This document shows positions 55,544 through 64,000 of a stretch of DNA of 64,000 nt, piece by piece (position 1 is the first letter of the stretch; the number at the start of each line of letters is the position of its first letter). Under the pieces are notes generated by a model that saw only the letters and a list, made by a program, of their open reading frames with translations, made no database searches and was not told the DNA's origin. The position numbers and the translations under genes were made by a program. Source of the stretch: Alkalispirochaeta sp. Lineage in GTDB: Bacteria; Spirochaetota; Spirochaetia; DSM-27196; Alkalispirochaetaceae. The stretch covers positions 2,976,001 to 3,040,000 of the forward strand of contig OZ271854.1 of the NCBI GenBank assembly GCA_965601925.1. The letters are read 5' to 3'.

Positions 55544-57868
55544 ATGGTCAGCGAACTGGTAGACGAACTACGCGACGACGGAACCTTCTTCGAAAACGTG
55601 AGTCATTGGGAGACAATCCCGAAGCGCGACGGAGTCTATGCACCGATTCCCGACGCGATCGACGAGCGCATCGTCGCCGCACTGAAGCGGCGCGGCATCA
55701 CGCAGCTGTACTCCCACCAGAGCGAGGTGATCGCCCACGCCCAGGCGGGTCGCAACGCCGTCGTCGTTACGCCGACCGCCTCCGGTAAGACGTTGTGTTA
55801 CAACCTGCCGGTCCTCGACGCCATACTCAAGGATCCCGACACACGTTCGTTGTACCTCTTTCCCACCAAAGCGCTCAGTCAAGACCAGCAAGCGGAGCTC
55901 AACATGACCGTCGGGGAGGGTGGGCTCGAGGTGGCGGTGATGACATACGACGGTGATACACCGCGCTCCGTGCGCTCTTCCGCGCGGACGCGGGGCCAAA
56001 TCATCATCTCGAATCCCGACATGTTGCACGCCGGGATACTCCCCAACCACACCAAATGGGTGCAGTTTTTTCAGAACCTGCGCTATGTGGTGATCGACGA
56101 GCTTCACGTCTACCGCGGGATTTTCGGATCCCACGTATGCAACGTCATTCGAAGGCTGAAGCGGATCGCCGCGTTTTACGGATCGAGTCCGCAGTTCATC
56201 CTGTGTTCGGCGACGATCGGCAATCCGAAGGAGCTCGCCGAGGCGGTCATTGAGGAGTCGGTCGAAGCGGTCGACCGTAACGGCGCACCCGCCGGCGAGA
56301 AGCATCTCGTACTCTACAATCCGCCGCTTGTGGACCGAGTCCAAGGGATCAGGCAGGGCATTGTCCACGCGTCGAGGCTCCTGGCGCTCCGCTTTCTGCG
56401 GCGCGGCATCAAGACGATCGTCTTTGCCCGCTCGCGGCAGCGTACGGAACTCATTGCGAGTTACATTCGATCCAGCTTACGAAACGTGTACAACGCCGAC
56501 GAGGGAATCCGCGTAGAGTCGTACCGCGGCGGATACCTTCCCACCGAGCGCCGGGCGATTGAGAGGGGGCTGCGGGAGGGGACGATTCAGGGGGTGGTGA
56601 GCACCAACGCTCTGGAGCTCGGGATCGATATCGGGGGACTCGACGCGGCGATTTTGGGCGGGTTTCCGGGAACCGTGGCCAGTAGTCTCCAGCAGGCGGG
56701 GAGAGCGGGCCGACGGCAATCGATCTCTCTGGCCGTTTTGGTGGCGAACGCGTCGCCCCTCGACCAGTTCGTCGTGGACCATCCCGAGTACTTCTTGGAG
56801 CGCTCGCCCGAGAGCGCATATATCAACCCCGACAATCCGTTCGTCCTCTTCGATCAGCTCAAGAGCGCCGTATTCGAGCTCCCGATGCGCATCGACGAAC
56901 CGTTTGCACCGGGGGTCGGAGATATGCTCGCCGTACTCGAGGAGCACGGTGTCATTCGACGCAGCGGCGAGACCTTCCATTGGTCCGACCAGTCCTACCC
57001 CGCCGAAGGGACGAGCTTGCGCAGCGCCACGACCGACAACGTCGTCATCGTCGACGTAACCGACGGAGCCGATCGGGTAATCGGTGAGATGGATCGACCG
57101 TCGGCAAAGGAGCTCCTGTTCGACAACGCGATTTATATTCATCGCGGGGAACAGTACGTCGTGAAGCGCCTGGACATCGATAACAGGCGGTGTACGGTAG
57201 AGCGTACGGATGTGAACTACTTTACCGACGCACTGGTCAAGCTCGACGTCAAGATACTGACGGAGGACGACAGAAGCGAGGTCGCCGGAGTAGAGGTGAC
57301 CGTCGGCGATATCCTCGTGCGCAGCATCGTTGCCAAGTTCAAGAAGATTCGATTTCAGAGCCACGAAAACGTCGGCTACGGCGATATCAGCCTCCCGGAG
57401 GAGCAGATGCATACACGCTCGGCGATGATCGTGTTGCGACCCGGTCGCCCGCCGCGCGCGGTCTACGACTCGCTGCCGGCCCCTGCGCGCCCGGTGGCGT
57501 TAGCGCGGCTGGGGCGGCTCCTGCGCGACGTCGCCCCGGTGTACCTGATGTCCGTCGTACAGGACCTCGGTGTACACCACACGGTGCGCGATCCGCATTT
57601 CGGGGAGCCGGCGTTGTATCTCTACGATCGGTACCCCGGTGGGAGCGGTCTGTCCGACGCCTTAGCGAGCATCCTTCCCGACATCATCGCCGCTGCCGAC
57701 GAGCGTGTTCTCGGCTGTAGCTGTAGCTCGGGGTGTCCTTCGTGCGTCGGCCCCGTCGACGCCGCCGACGGATGGGAGGGCAGCCCGAAAGAGGCGGTTG
57801 CGGCGCTTTTGGCGGCGTGGCGCGACGTCCCGCGGCACGGAGACGAGGCGGGTGTCGGATCTCTATAG
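55544..57868 (+). CDS. mrfA: DEAD/DEAH helicase with DUF1998 (MrfA/YprA/Hrq1-like)
   Basis: TPTASGKT, PTKALSQDQ, IDELH, SATIGNP, ALELGIDIG, QQAGRAGRR, YDRYPGGSG, CSCSSGCPSC. Confidence 0.85.
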   Translation: MVSELVDELRDDGTFFENVSHWETIPKRDGVYAPIPDAIDERIVAALKRRGITQLYSHQSEVIAHAQAGRNAVVVTPTASGKTLCYNLPVLDAILKDPDTRSLYLFPTKALSQDQQAELNMTVGEGGLEVAVMTYDGDTPRSVRSSARTRGQIIISNPDMLHAGILPNHTKWVQFFQNLRYVVIDELHVYRGIFGSHVCNVIRRLKRIAAFYGSSPQFILCSATIGNPKELAEAVIEESVEAVDRNGAPAGEKHLVLYNPPLVDRVQGIRQGIVHASRLLALRFLRRGIKTIVFARSRQRTELIASYIRSSLRNVYNADEGIRVESYRGGYLPTERRAIERGLREGTIQGVVSTNALELGIDIGGLDAAILGGFPGTVASSLQQAGRAGRRQSISLAVLVANASPLDQFVVDHPEYFLERSPESAYINPDNPFVLFDQLKSAVFELPMRIDEPFAPGVGDMLAVLEEHGVIRRSGETFHWSDQSYPAEGTSLRSATTDNVVIVDVTDGADRVIGEMDRPSAKELLFDNAIYIHRGEQYVVKRLDIDNRRCTVERTDVNYFTDALVKLDVKILTEDDRSEVAGVEVTVGDILVRSIVAKFKKIRFQSHENVGYGDISLPEEQMHTRSAMIVLRPGRPPRAVYDSLPAPARPVALARLGRLLRDVAPVYLMSVVQDLGVHHTVRDPHFGEPALYLYDRYPGGSGLSDALASILPDIIAAADERVLGCSCSSGCPSCVGPVDAADGWEGSPKEAVAALLAAWRDVPRHGDEAGVGSL

Positions 57869-59222
57869 CCGGCTCCGCGAGATTCGCGACCGTCGTTCGC
57901 ACGCTCCGTATGGGAACGCAGAAGACGCCGCGCAGAATCGGCGTTCAAGTCCGTCGCCGCCGCCCGGGCCCGATTGGCGCGAGATTACCCATGGAGTGTT
58001 TACCCGTACCGCGTCGGTGCCGCTGCCGTACGGCGCCGATCAGTTCGACAGTGACGGGCGGTGGCGCGCTCTGTCGCCCCTGGCACGCGCGGGCGCGAGT
58101 CCGACTCCCCTGTTCATCGATATCGAGACGAGCGGGCGCTCCGGAGGCGCCGGTAGCGTGGCCTTTCTCATCGGGGTCGGCCGCATCGCGGTAGGCACCG
58201 GCGCGTGCGACGTCGTGGTAACGCAGCTGTTCCTTACCGATTTTGCGTCGGAGGCGGACCAGCTCGACGAGTTGGATCGACTTCTTTCCACCGCACCTCG
58301 CGCCGTCGGGGCCGCCGCCGCAGGGGCGCGAGGTGGAGCGGCGGAGGGTCCGCAGGGCCGCGTGTTGTACGTGACCTACAACGGCGCGGGATTCGATCTG
58401 CCGGTACTGCGCACGCGCCACATCATGCACCGCCGCCGCTTCAGCGAGGCGGACCACTTCGATCTCCTCCATCCGACGCGTCGTCTGTTCGCTCCGATAA
58501 TCGGAAGCTGCACCCTCTCGGCGGTCGAGCGTTCCGTTCTCGGTGTCGGACGGGAGACGGATGTTCCCGGTATCGAGGTGCCGGGCCGGTACCACCAATT
58601 TCTCATGAGCGGTGATGCGAGCGTACTCACCGACGTGGTTGCCCACCACCATTACGATGTCGCCCACCTCGCTCTGCTTGGAGTGCGTATCAACGCCATA
58701 TTGCTTGGCGTCGACGACCGGCGCCCCGCCGCCGACCGGCTCGGCCTCGTCGCGCTATTGCTTCGCGGCGGTGACGAGTACGAGGATCGCGCCGTTCGGC
58801 TCCTTGACGAGGAGGTCGACGAGAGTCGTCGGCGCCGAGAGGAGATAGGGCGCCTTGCACAACGCGGCGGGTTGACTGCGCGTCTCGCCTCGCGCCCGTC
58901 GAGCAGTTGGGGAGCGGCCCGAGAGTTGCGTGCCCGTCTCGCACGCCGGCGGGGAGAGGGCGCACGTCTGTTGGAGCTGCGGCGCGAACTCTTTCGCGTC
59001 CGCGCCACCCGGCATGATCTCGTGGAGCTCGCGAAGGTCCTGGAGCATCGGGAGAACGACTTCGCCGCGGCGATCGATCTCATCGCGATGTGGGAGGCCG
59101 AGCACCCAATGGACGACGAGTTGACCCACCGCCTGGCGCGATTGCGACGGAAAGCGAAGCGTGCGATCAGCGCGCGCTCCGGTACAGCGCCTCGTACTCC
59201 TCGGCGGAGTGGCGCCAGCTGA
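57852..59222 (+). CDS. mrfB: RNase_H_2 (DEDD) exonuclease with a TPR-like tail (MrfB/YprB-like)
   Basis: FIDIETSG, TYNG.GFDLP, HFDLLH, CTLS.VE..LG..R..DVPG, ELAK.LEH. GTG start overlaps the helicase end. Confidence 0.8.
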   Translation: MSDLYSRLREIRDRRSHAPYGNAEDAAQNRRSSPSPPPGPDWREITHGVFTRTASVPLPYGADQFDSDGRWRALSPLARAGASPTPLFIDIETSGRSGGAGSVAFLIGVGRIAVGTGACDVVVTQLFLTDFASEADQLDELDRLLSTAPRAVGAAAAGARGGAAEGPQGRVLYVTYNGAGFDLPVLRTRHIMHRRRFSEADHFDLLHPTRRLFAPIIGSCTLSAVERSVLGVGRETDVPGIEVPGRYHQFLMSGDASVLTDVVAHHHYDVAHLALLGVRINAILLGVDDRRPAADRLGLVALLLRGGDEYEDRAVRLLDEEVDESRRRREEIGRLAQRGGLTARLASRPSSSWGAARELRARLARRRGEGARLLELRRELFRVRATRHDLVELAKVLEHRENDFAAAIDLIAMWEAEHPMDDELTHRLARLRRKAKRAISARSGTAPRTPRRSGAS

Positions 59223-60588
59223 AGTCGCGGCCCATCGCGCGTCGTCGCATCGTCTCGATCTCGCCGAGGCGTTGCGCGGCCTTCGTTACGGTCCGAACGA
59301 TGCCCTCGCTGCTATTGTCTTCGATGAAGAAACCGGTCTCGACATCGACCGTATCGGCGAGCCCGCCGGTGCGTGTCACGATCGGCAGGGTGCCGTATCG
59401 CATCGAGTACATCTGGTTGAGGCCGCACGGCTCGTACACGCTCGGCATGAGAAAGAAGTCGCTTCCCGCCTCGATTCTATGGGCGAGGTCGGCATCGTAT
59501 CCGATGCGCGCCGCCATGGTCGGATACGTATCGCGCAACACTTCGATCTCCCGTTCGCACCACCGCTCGCCGCTACCCAGTAGGGCAATCTGGACGGGCA
59601 GCTCGTCGAGGAGCGTGCGAATCGCGCCGTGTCGCCGGTCGAAGAGGGGAATGATTCCCTTCTGATCGACCAAACGCGTTATCATTCCCACCAGCGGCAC
59701 ACGCGAATCGACGGGTAAGCCGAGCTCCCGCTGGAGCGCCTCTTTGCACACCGCCTTTCCCGAAAGGTCGTCCGCGGAGAACCGTTCCGGTATCCGTGCG
59801 TCGGTCTCGGGATTCCACTCGTCGATGTCGATCCCGTTGAGAATCCCCGAAACGCGTTCGGTGTGGCGTTGAATCTCCAAGTGCAGACCGAATCCGAATC
59901 GTGGTTGTTGTATCTCCTGTGCATAGCGCGGGCTGACGGCGACCAAGCGATCGCTGTGGCGGATGGCTCCGCGCATCATGTTAATGTCCTCCCCCTGCCG
60001 GAGATCGCTCTCCCCCAGTTGCTTCTCAGTAAGGCCGATCTCCTCTCCGTCTCGACCCGCGAATATACCCTGATAGCCGAAGTTGTGGATCGAGAAGACC
60101 ATCCCCGTATCGCGAAAAAAACCGCGGGGACGATAGATCTGATCGACATAGACCGGGACCAGGGCGGTCGGCCAATCGTGGGCGTGGATGATATCCGGCG
60201 TTATGCGAAGGGCGAGGGCGAGTTGTAGCGCTCCGCGAGAGAGGAACGCGAAACGGCGCGCATTATCGTGAAACGCCGACGCCGGGCCGCCTCCGTAGAG
60301 TCCGTTGCGCTCGCCGAAGAGTGCCAGGTGCTCCAAAAAATAGAGTTCGACTCCGTTGTGGACGGTGTGGAAGACGTCGCACCACTCCTCGCGTCGGCCC
60401 ATGGGCACCCCGAGGGGCATCGCGAGACGACGGAGGTTCGCGTCGTCGATACTTCGATAACGGGGAAGCACGACGGTGAGACGGTGCCCCTTATCCGCGA
60501 GGGCCTGTGCCAGAGCCGCGACCGCGTCGGCAAGGCCTCCCGCCTTCGCAAATGGATGATACTCACTGGTGACAAAGAAGACGTTCAC
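59167..60588 (-). CDS. glgA: Glycogen synthase
   Basis: AKAGGLAD, HAHDW, IHNFGYQG, GILNGID..EWNP, RLVDQKG, PSVYEPCGLNQ. Confidence 0.95.
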   Translation of the reverse strand: MNVFFVTSEYHPFAKAGGLADAVAALAQALADKGHRLTVVLPRYRSIDDANLRRLAMPLGVPMGRREEWCDVFHTVHNGVELYFLEHLALFGERNGLYGGGPASAFHDNARRFAFLSRGALQLALALRITPDIIHAHDWPTALVPVYVDQIYRPRGFFRDTGMVFSIHNFGYQGIFAGRDGEEIGLTEKQLGESDLRQGEDINMMRGAIRHSDRLVAVSPRYAQEIQQPRFGFGLHLEIQRHTERVSGILNGIDIDEWNPETDARIPERFSADDLSGKAVCKEALQRELGLPVDSRVPLVGMITRLVDQKGIIPLFDRRHGAIRTLLDELPVQIALLGSGERWCEREIEVLRDTYPTMAARIGYDADLAHRIEAGSDFFLMPSVYEPCGLNQMYSMRYGTLPIVTRTGGLADTVDVETGFFIEDNSSEGIVRTVTKAAQRLGEIETMRRRAMGRDFSWRHSAEEYEALYRSAR

Positions 60589-60590
60589 GC

Positions 60591-61451
60591 CTACAGATAG
60601 TAACTGATGCGGAAGTCTGACTCAAACAAAAAATTCAAGCTTCGATAGAGCGCCTGAGCGGCTTCGTTGTCCAATTTCACGAATAGTGACGCGTTGCGAC
60701 GCGTTTTTTGCATCTCCGTCAGCAGATGCGTCATGAGCCACCGCGCGACGCCCTTGCCGCGCCACGCCGGATCGGTGAACACGCCGCCGAGTTGGTCGCC
60801 GGCGTATCCGCGCGCGTTCGTCGCGACTCTGGCGATCGCCTCGCCGCGATAGACCGCCACCAACACGAGCTGTGTGTTGAGGCTGTGGGTAAGACTGGTT
60901 TTGCTCGTCGAGAGGCTCGGACTTCTACCCGGCAGGAGGACCTCCTCGACTTCGTAGGCGATTTGTAGCTGGAGGAGGCGTCGCCACTCGGAGGGCGACG
61001 GTTGAACGATCCGCAGGCCCGGATCCGGAGGTGAGTCCGGCGGCGGAAAGCGGCGCCAATCGAGGCTCAATAACGCGTAATCGATGCTATGGCGCGGTGT
61101 CGAGGCGAAACTATCGGCCAACAGTTCTACGTCCTCCCGGTTTCCCATGATCGAGTGCAGTCGAACAAAAGAACCGGTCGCCCGCCGGAGTTCATCTTGG
61201 AGATCGATACGCGCGCCGTGTCGCCTCAGGGCCGAGGCGAAGCCTGCGGTGTAGAAGAAACCGCCGGGGCCGTGATACACCACCGCCGCGTCGGGAAGAT
61301 AGTAGAATCGCCCGCCGTTTCTAAGCGTGCGATCCAGCCGTCCGTGTCGGAGCTTTTCGCTCATGACGACCGATGCCGGCTCGCTCGCCGCGAGAAATCG
61401 CTCGAGGGCCGCCGCCTCGTGGTGTGCGATGACCTGCCAGGTGGAGCCCAT
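60591..61451 (-). CDS. GNAT-family acetyltransferase
   Basis: C-terminal QLGGVFTDPAWRGKGVA and LFVK..N.AA..LY..L.F acetyl-CoA motifs. Confidence 0.85.
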   Translation of the reverse strand: MGSTWQVIAHHEAAALERFLAASEPASVVMSEKLRHGRLDRTLRNGGRFYYLPDAAVVYHGPGGFFYTAGFASALRRHGARIDLQDELRRATGSFVRLHSIMGNREDVELLADSFASTPRHSIDYALLSLDWRRFPPPDSPPDPGLRIVQPSPSEWRRLLQLQIAYEVEEVLLPGRSPSLSTSKTSLTHSLNTQLVLVAVYRGEAIARVATNARGYAGDQLGGVFTDPAWRGKGVARWLMTHLLTEMQKTRRNASLFVKLDNEAAQALYRSLNFLFESDFRISYYL

Positions 61452-61457
61452 CGGAAC

Positions 61458-63266
61458 CTACCGATCGGGCGGCGCAGTAAGCTCGATGGGCAGGCGGCCG
61501 ACGGCGGGAATGTCTCCGCCGAGGGCTGCGAATCCCCCCTCGAAACTCTCGACGCCCCATCCGTAGACCGCAAGGGCGCTGTCCACCCAGGGAAGCTGGG
61601 CGAGGTAAATCGGCGTCAGGATACTGTATACGATGACGTTTGCAGGCGTTGAGCGCGCCGCCTGGAGCACCTCCAGGGAGGCTTGGTCGCTCAGGAGAAA
61701 GATCACCGTATCGTAGGCGTCGGCCATGCGCGCGAAGCGGTCCCGATCGGCCGCCGCCGAGGCGTAGGGAAAGAAGTCGGTAAATCTGAACTCGCCCGCC
61801 CCCGGGAAGAAGCGTCGTCCCACACGAAAGAAGTCCGGATCCTTTCCCGCCAAGAGGATACGCTCGCCGCTGTCCGGGGCAAACGGTATCGATGCATCGC
61901 GAATGACCGTCACGCTTCGCCCGGCCTGGTCGAGAAAGAACTCCCGCGCCTCGGCGGTGCGCATGAATCGTTCGATACCACGATGGTCGGGGAAGAGCGG
62001 GACACGCCAAGAGGGGGTGAGGTAGCCGAGCTTCACGCGCAAAATGCGGCGCACCGATTCGTCGACTTGGTTGCGAAAAGAGGGCTCCTCGCGATATGCG
62101 GTGATGAGCGTGTTCCAAATCGGGCCGTCGAACTCGGGAGTCTGGGAGAGCATGACGATGTCGTTACCCGCCTCTATCGCCTGTTTTACGATTCGTGCAA
62201 AGCTCCAACCTCGCACACGGCCGTACTCCAACGCGCCGCCCATGTACAGATCGTCGGTAATGACCACTCCCTCGAACTCGAGCTCGTCTCGCAGTATCCG
62301 TTGCTTGAAGTACGGAGAGATGCTCGCGGGCGTGTCGTTTCCGGCGATAACCGGAAAGCTGAGGTGTCCCGAGAGCACCGCCGGCACGCCCTCGCGAATG
62401 AGCATACGAAAGGGAACCATGTCGCGATTCCACAACGTCTCGAAGTCGTCCTCGATAACCGGCAGAACACCGTGACTGTCACCGACGGCGTTGCCGTGCC
62501 CCGGAAAGTGTTTCGCCGTCGCGATCACACCGGTCTGCTCGAGTCCGTGGAAGAAGGCGGTGCCGAGTATTCCGCTTTGGACGGCGTCGCCTGAGAAGGC
62601 GCGCGGCCCGATCACGTGCGCCTCGGGGTTGATGTAGACGTCCACCGTCGGGGCAAAGTTCATGTTGATCCCCAACGCGCGGAGCTCCAATCCGATATAC
62701 CGAGCCGTCATAAGGGCGTCGTACGGTAGATCGCTCGCGCCGATCGCCATGTTTCCGGGAGTGATGGACGTGCCGCCCTTTACGTGGCGCACCCACCCAC
62801 CCTCTTGGTCGGTGGCGGTAAAGAGGGGAATCGCCGTCCCGGTCGAGAGACTCGCGGCTTGCATCTCGGTAATGGTACGTGCAAGGGTGGCGAGATTGTT
62901 GCCGTTCCAGCCGAATACCTTCACCCCGCCGATGTTCCGTTCGGTAATCCAACGCATGATCTCGGGATTCGTCGTTTCGGTATTCCATCCGACCAACAAC
63001 AGTTGCGCAACGCGCTCCTCGTCGCTCATTCCTTCGAGTATGCTCTCGATGTGGTGCTCTACCGCGGGCGTCACGGCGCGCCAATCGACGGCCACGCCGG
63101 TATCGGGGAGTTGCCAGAACAGTCCGTCCGAGGGCCGCTCGACCGCCGAGTCGACGGGAATCGCAATGCGCTCTTGCGTTAGGGCGACCGTGAGGGCGCA
63201 CGCGGTAAGAAGTGTGAGTGACAGGAGCGCCACCGGTCGGCGGCGGGGTTGAGCGCGACTCGCCAT
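61458..63266 (-). CDS. Secreted GH3 beta-N-acetylhexosaminidase
   Basis: Signal peptide, DQEGGWVR, canonical KHFPGHGNAVGDSH, ITDDLYM, C-terminal GH3 domain. Confidence 0.9.
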   Translation of the reverse strand: MASRAQPRRRPVALLSLTLLTACALTVALTQERIAIPVDSAVERPSDGLFWQLPDTGVAVDWRAVTPAVEHHIESILEGMSDEERVAQLLLVGWNTETTNPEIMRWITERNIGGVKVFGWNGNNLATLARTITEMQAASLSTGTAIPLFTATDQEGGWVRHVKGGTSITPGNMAIGASDLPYDALMTARYIGLELRALGINMNFAPTVDVYINPEAHVIGPRAFSGDAVQSGILGTAFFHGLEQTGVIATAKHFPGHGNAVGDSHGVLPVIEDDFETLWNRDMVPFRMLIREGVPAVLSGHLSFPVIAGNDTPASISPYFKQRILRDELEFEGVVITDDLYMGGALEYGRVRGWSFARIVKQAIEAGNDIVMLSQTPEFDGPIWNTLITAYREEPSFRNQVDESVRRILRVKLGYLTPSWRVPLFPDHRGIERFMRTAEAREFFLDQAGRSVTVIRDASIPFAPDSGERILLAGKDPDFFRVGRRFFPGAGEFRFTDFFPYASAAADRDRFARMADAYDTVIFLLSDQASLEVLQAARSTPANVIVYSILTPIYLAQLPWVDSALAVYGWGVESFEGGFAALGGDIPAVGRLPIELTAPPDR

Positions 63267-63380
63267 GGCCGGACCATATCACGCTATAACCGAACGTCTC
63301 AACTAACGCACGATCGGCTGCACGGTCCCGTCTCGCCCGTGGGGCGATACGGAGCCCACGTTCCATTGTCGAGCGAGACT

Positions 63381-63407
63381 TAACAAGGCGCCGTTGTCGG
63401 CCGATAC
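63381..63407 (+). promoter_or_regulatory. Sigma-28 (FliA) promoter of flgN-flgK
   Basis: TAAC-N15-GCCGATAC upstream of the flagellar genes. Confidence 0.6.
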
Positions 63408-63422
63408 ACAAAACGGAGGCAT

Positions 63423-63920
63423 GTGGTGAAAGATACGAACGCTATCCGTACGTTTGTCACTCTTCTTGAGCGACAAGCGACGTTAATCGAGGCGCTCGCT
63501 GAGCGCGAGGCCGATCTGCAGGAGCTCGTAACCAAGCGGGCGTGGGATGACCTTGAAACCTTGATCCCTCAAATGACCGATCTCGGCGAGGCGATCAATC
63601 ACGCCGAGGAGGAACGCAGCGCAGTGTACGAGGAGATCGTCGCGGCCGTCGGTGGAGAGCGCTCCTTCGCGTATATTCTCTCCCATCTGCCGATAGAGGT
63701 GCGTACGACCCTCTCCGGGGCGTACCGACGCCTCAAGGTCGCCGTCCTCAGACTACAAAGTCGGACCTCCAGCGTCGATACCTATCTCAACTCGACGATC
63801 TCCACGACCCGCGGCGTCCTTCGGGAGCTCTATCCCGAGCACGCGTCGGTCGGGTATTCGCGTAGCGGCCGCAATCGCTTCGGGAACGGCTCGCCCGTCA
63901 TGGTCGATCGCGCGCTCTAG
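63423..63920 (+). CDS. flgN: Flagellar export chaperone FlgN-like protein
   Basis: Helical 165-aa protein (W..LE, EEER, YSRSG tail) directly before flgK, with GGAGG SD. Confidence 0.65.
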   Translation: MVKDTNAIRTFVTLLERQATLIEALAEREADLQELVTKRAWDDLETLIPQMTDLGEAINHAEEERSAVYEEIVAAVGGERSFAYILSHLPIEVRTTLSGAYRRLKVAVLRLQSRTSSVDTYLNSTISTTRGVLRELYPEHASVGYSRSGRNRFGNGSPVMVDRAL

Positions 63921-63946
63921 AAGGGCGGGCGCGAAGGGAGGAGGAT

Positions 63947-64000
63947 ATGCAGTCGACGTTTTCCGGAATCGAACTCGGTAAAAGAGGCGTCTTTGCCCAT
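63947..64000 (+). CDS. flgK: Flagellar hook-associated protein FlgK, 5' end only
   Basis: MQSTFSGIELGKRGVFAH after GGAGGAGG matches the spirochaete FlgK N-terminus. Confidence 0.8.
   Translation, partial: MQSTFSGIELGKRGVFAH

Noticed and set aside
55544..57868. DUF1998 helicase as part of a DISARM or Druantia defence system
   Set aside because: No methylase, DrmA/C or Dru partners are present. The adjacent RNase_H_2 gene fits MrfAB.

Overview
A high-GC bacterial chromosomal segment, most likely from a free-living spirochaete. Support: the FlgK N-terminus MQSTFSGIELGKR, spirochaete-style binding-protein signal peptides ending LWAGG/LFAAG, and a sigma-28 flgN-flgK start at the right edge. About 47 protein genes and one tRNA-Asp(GTC) are supported. 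The left third carries carbohydrate catabolism: a sulfatase/ANKH-like transporter/FAD oxidoreductase/unknown-protein locus with paired GntR-LacI regulators, and a GH38 alpha-mannosidase ABC locus with atypical ROK and GH3 proteins. Next come a vapBC pair, a HAD pseudogene and a CoA-disulfide reductase-rhodanese-TusA-DsrE fusion with a palindromic operator. The most notable content is two divergent ~1490-aa ATP-dependent [4Fe-4S] activator/reductase fusions with the architecture of the anaerobic plasmalogen synthase PlsA/PlsR and glycerol ester reductase (Ger) family. One lies between a glycolipid-type GT4 and an ALDH3-like aldehyde dehydrogenase; the other is coupled to an RHH-like regulator. 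Together they suggest an ether-lipid system. Also present: a two-component pair with a degenerate PP2C output, a LacI-ABC-arylsulfatase cassette next to the tRNA with a 32-bp perfect palindromic operator, a possible SIR2-like remnant, an unannotated 49-aa membrane protein, mrfAB-like repair genes, glgC and glgA. Many genes have leaderless-type sigma-70 promoter geometry. No CRISPR array, rRNA, transposase or integrase was seen. All functional calls come from motif recognition by eye, not database searches.
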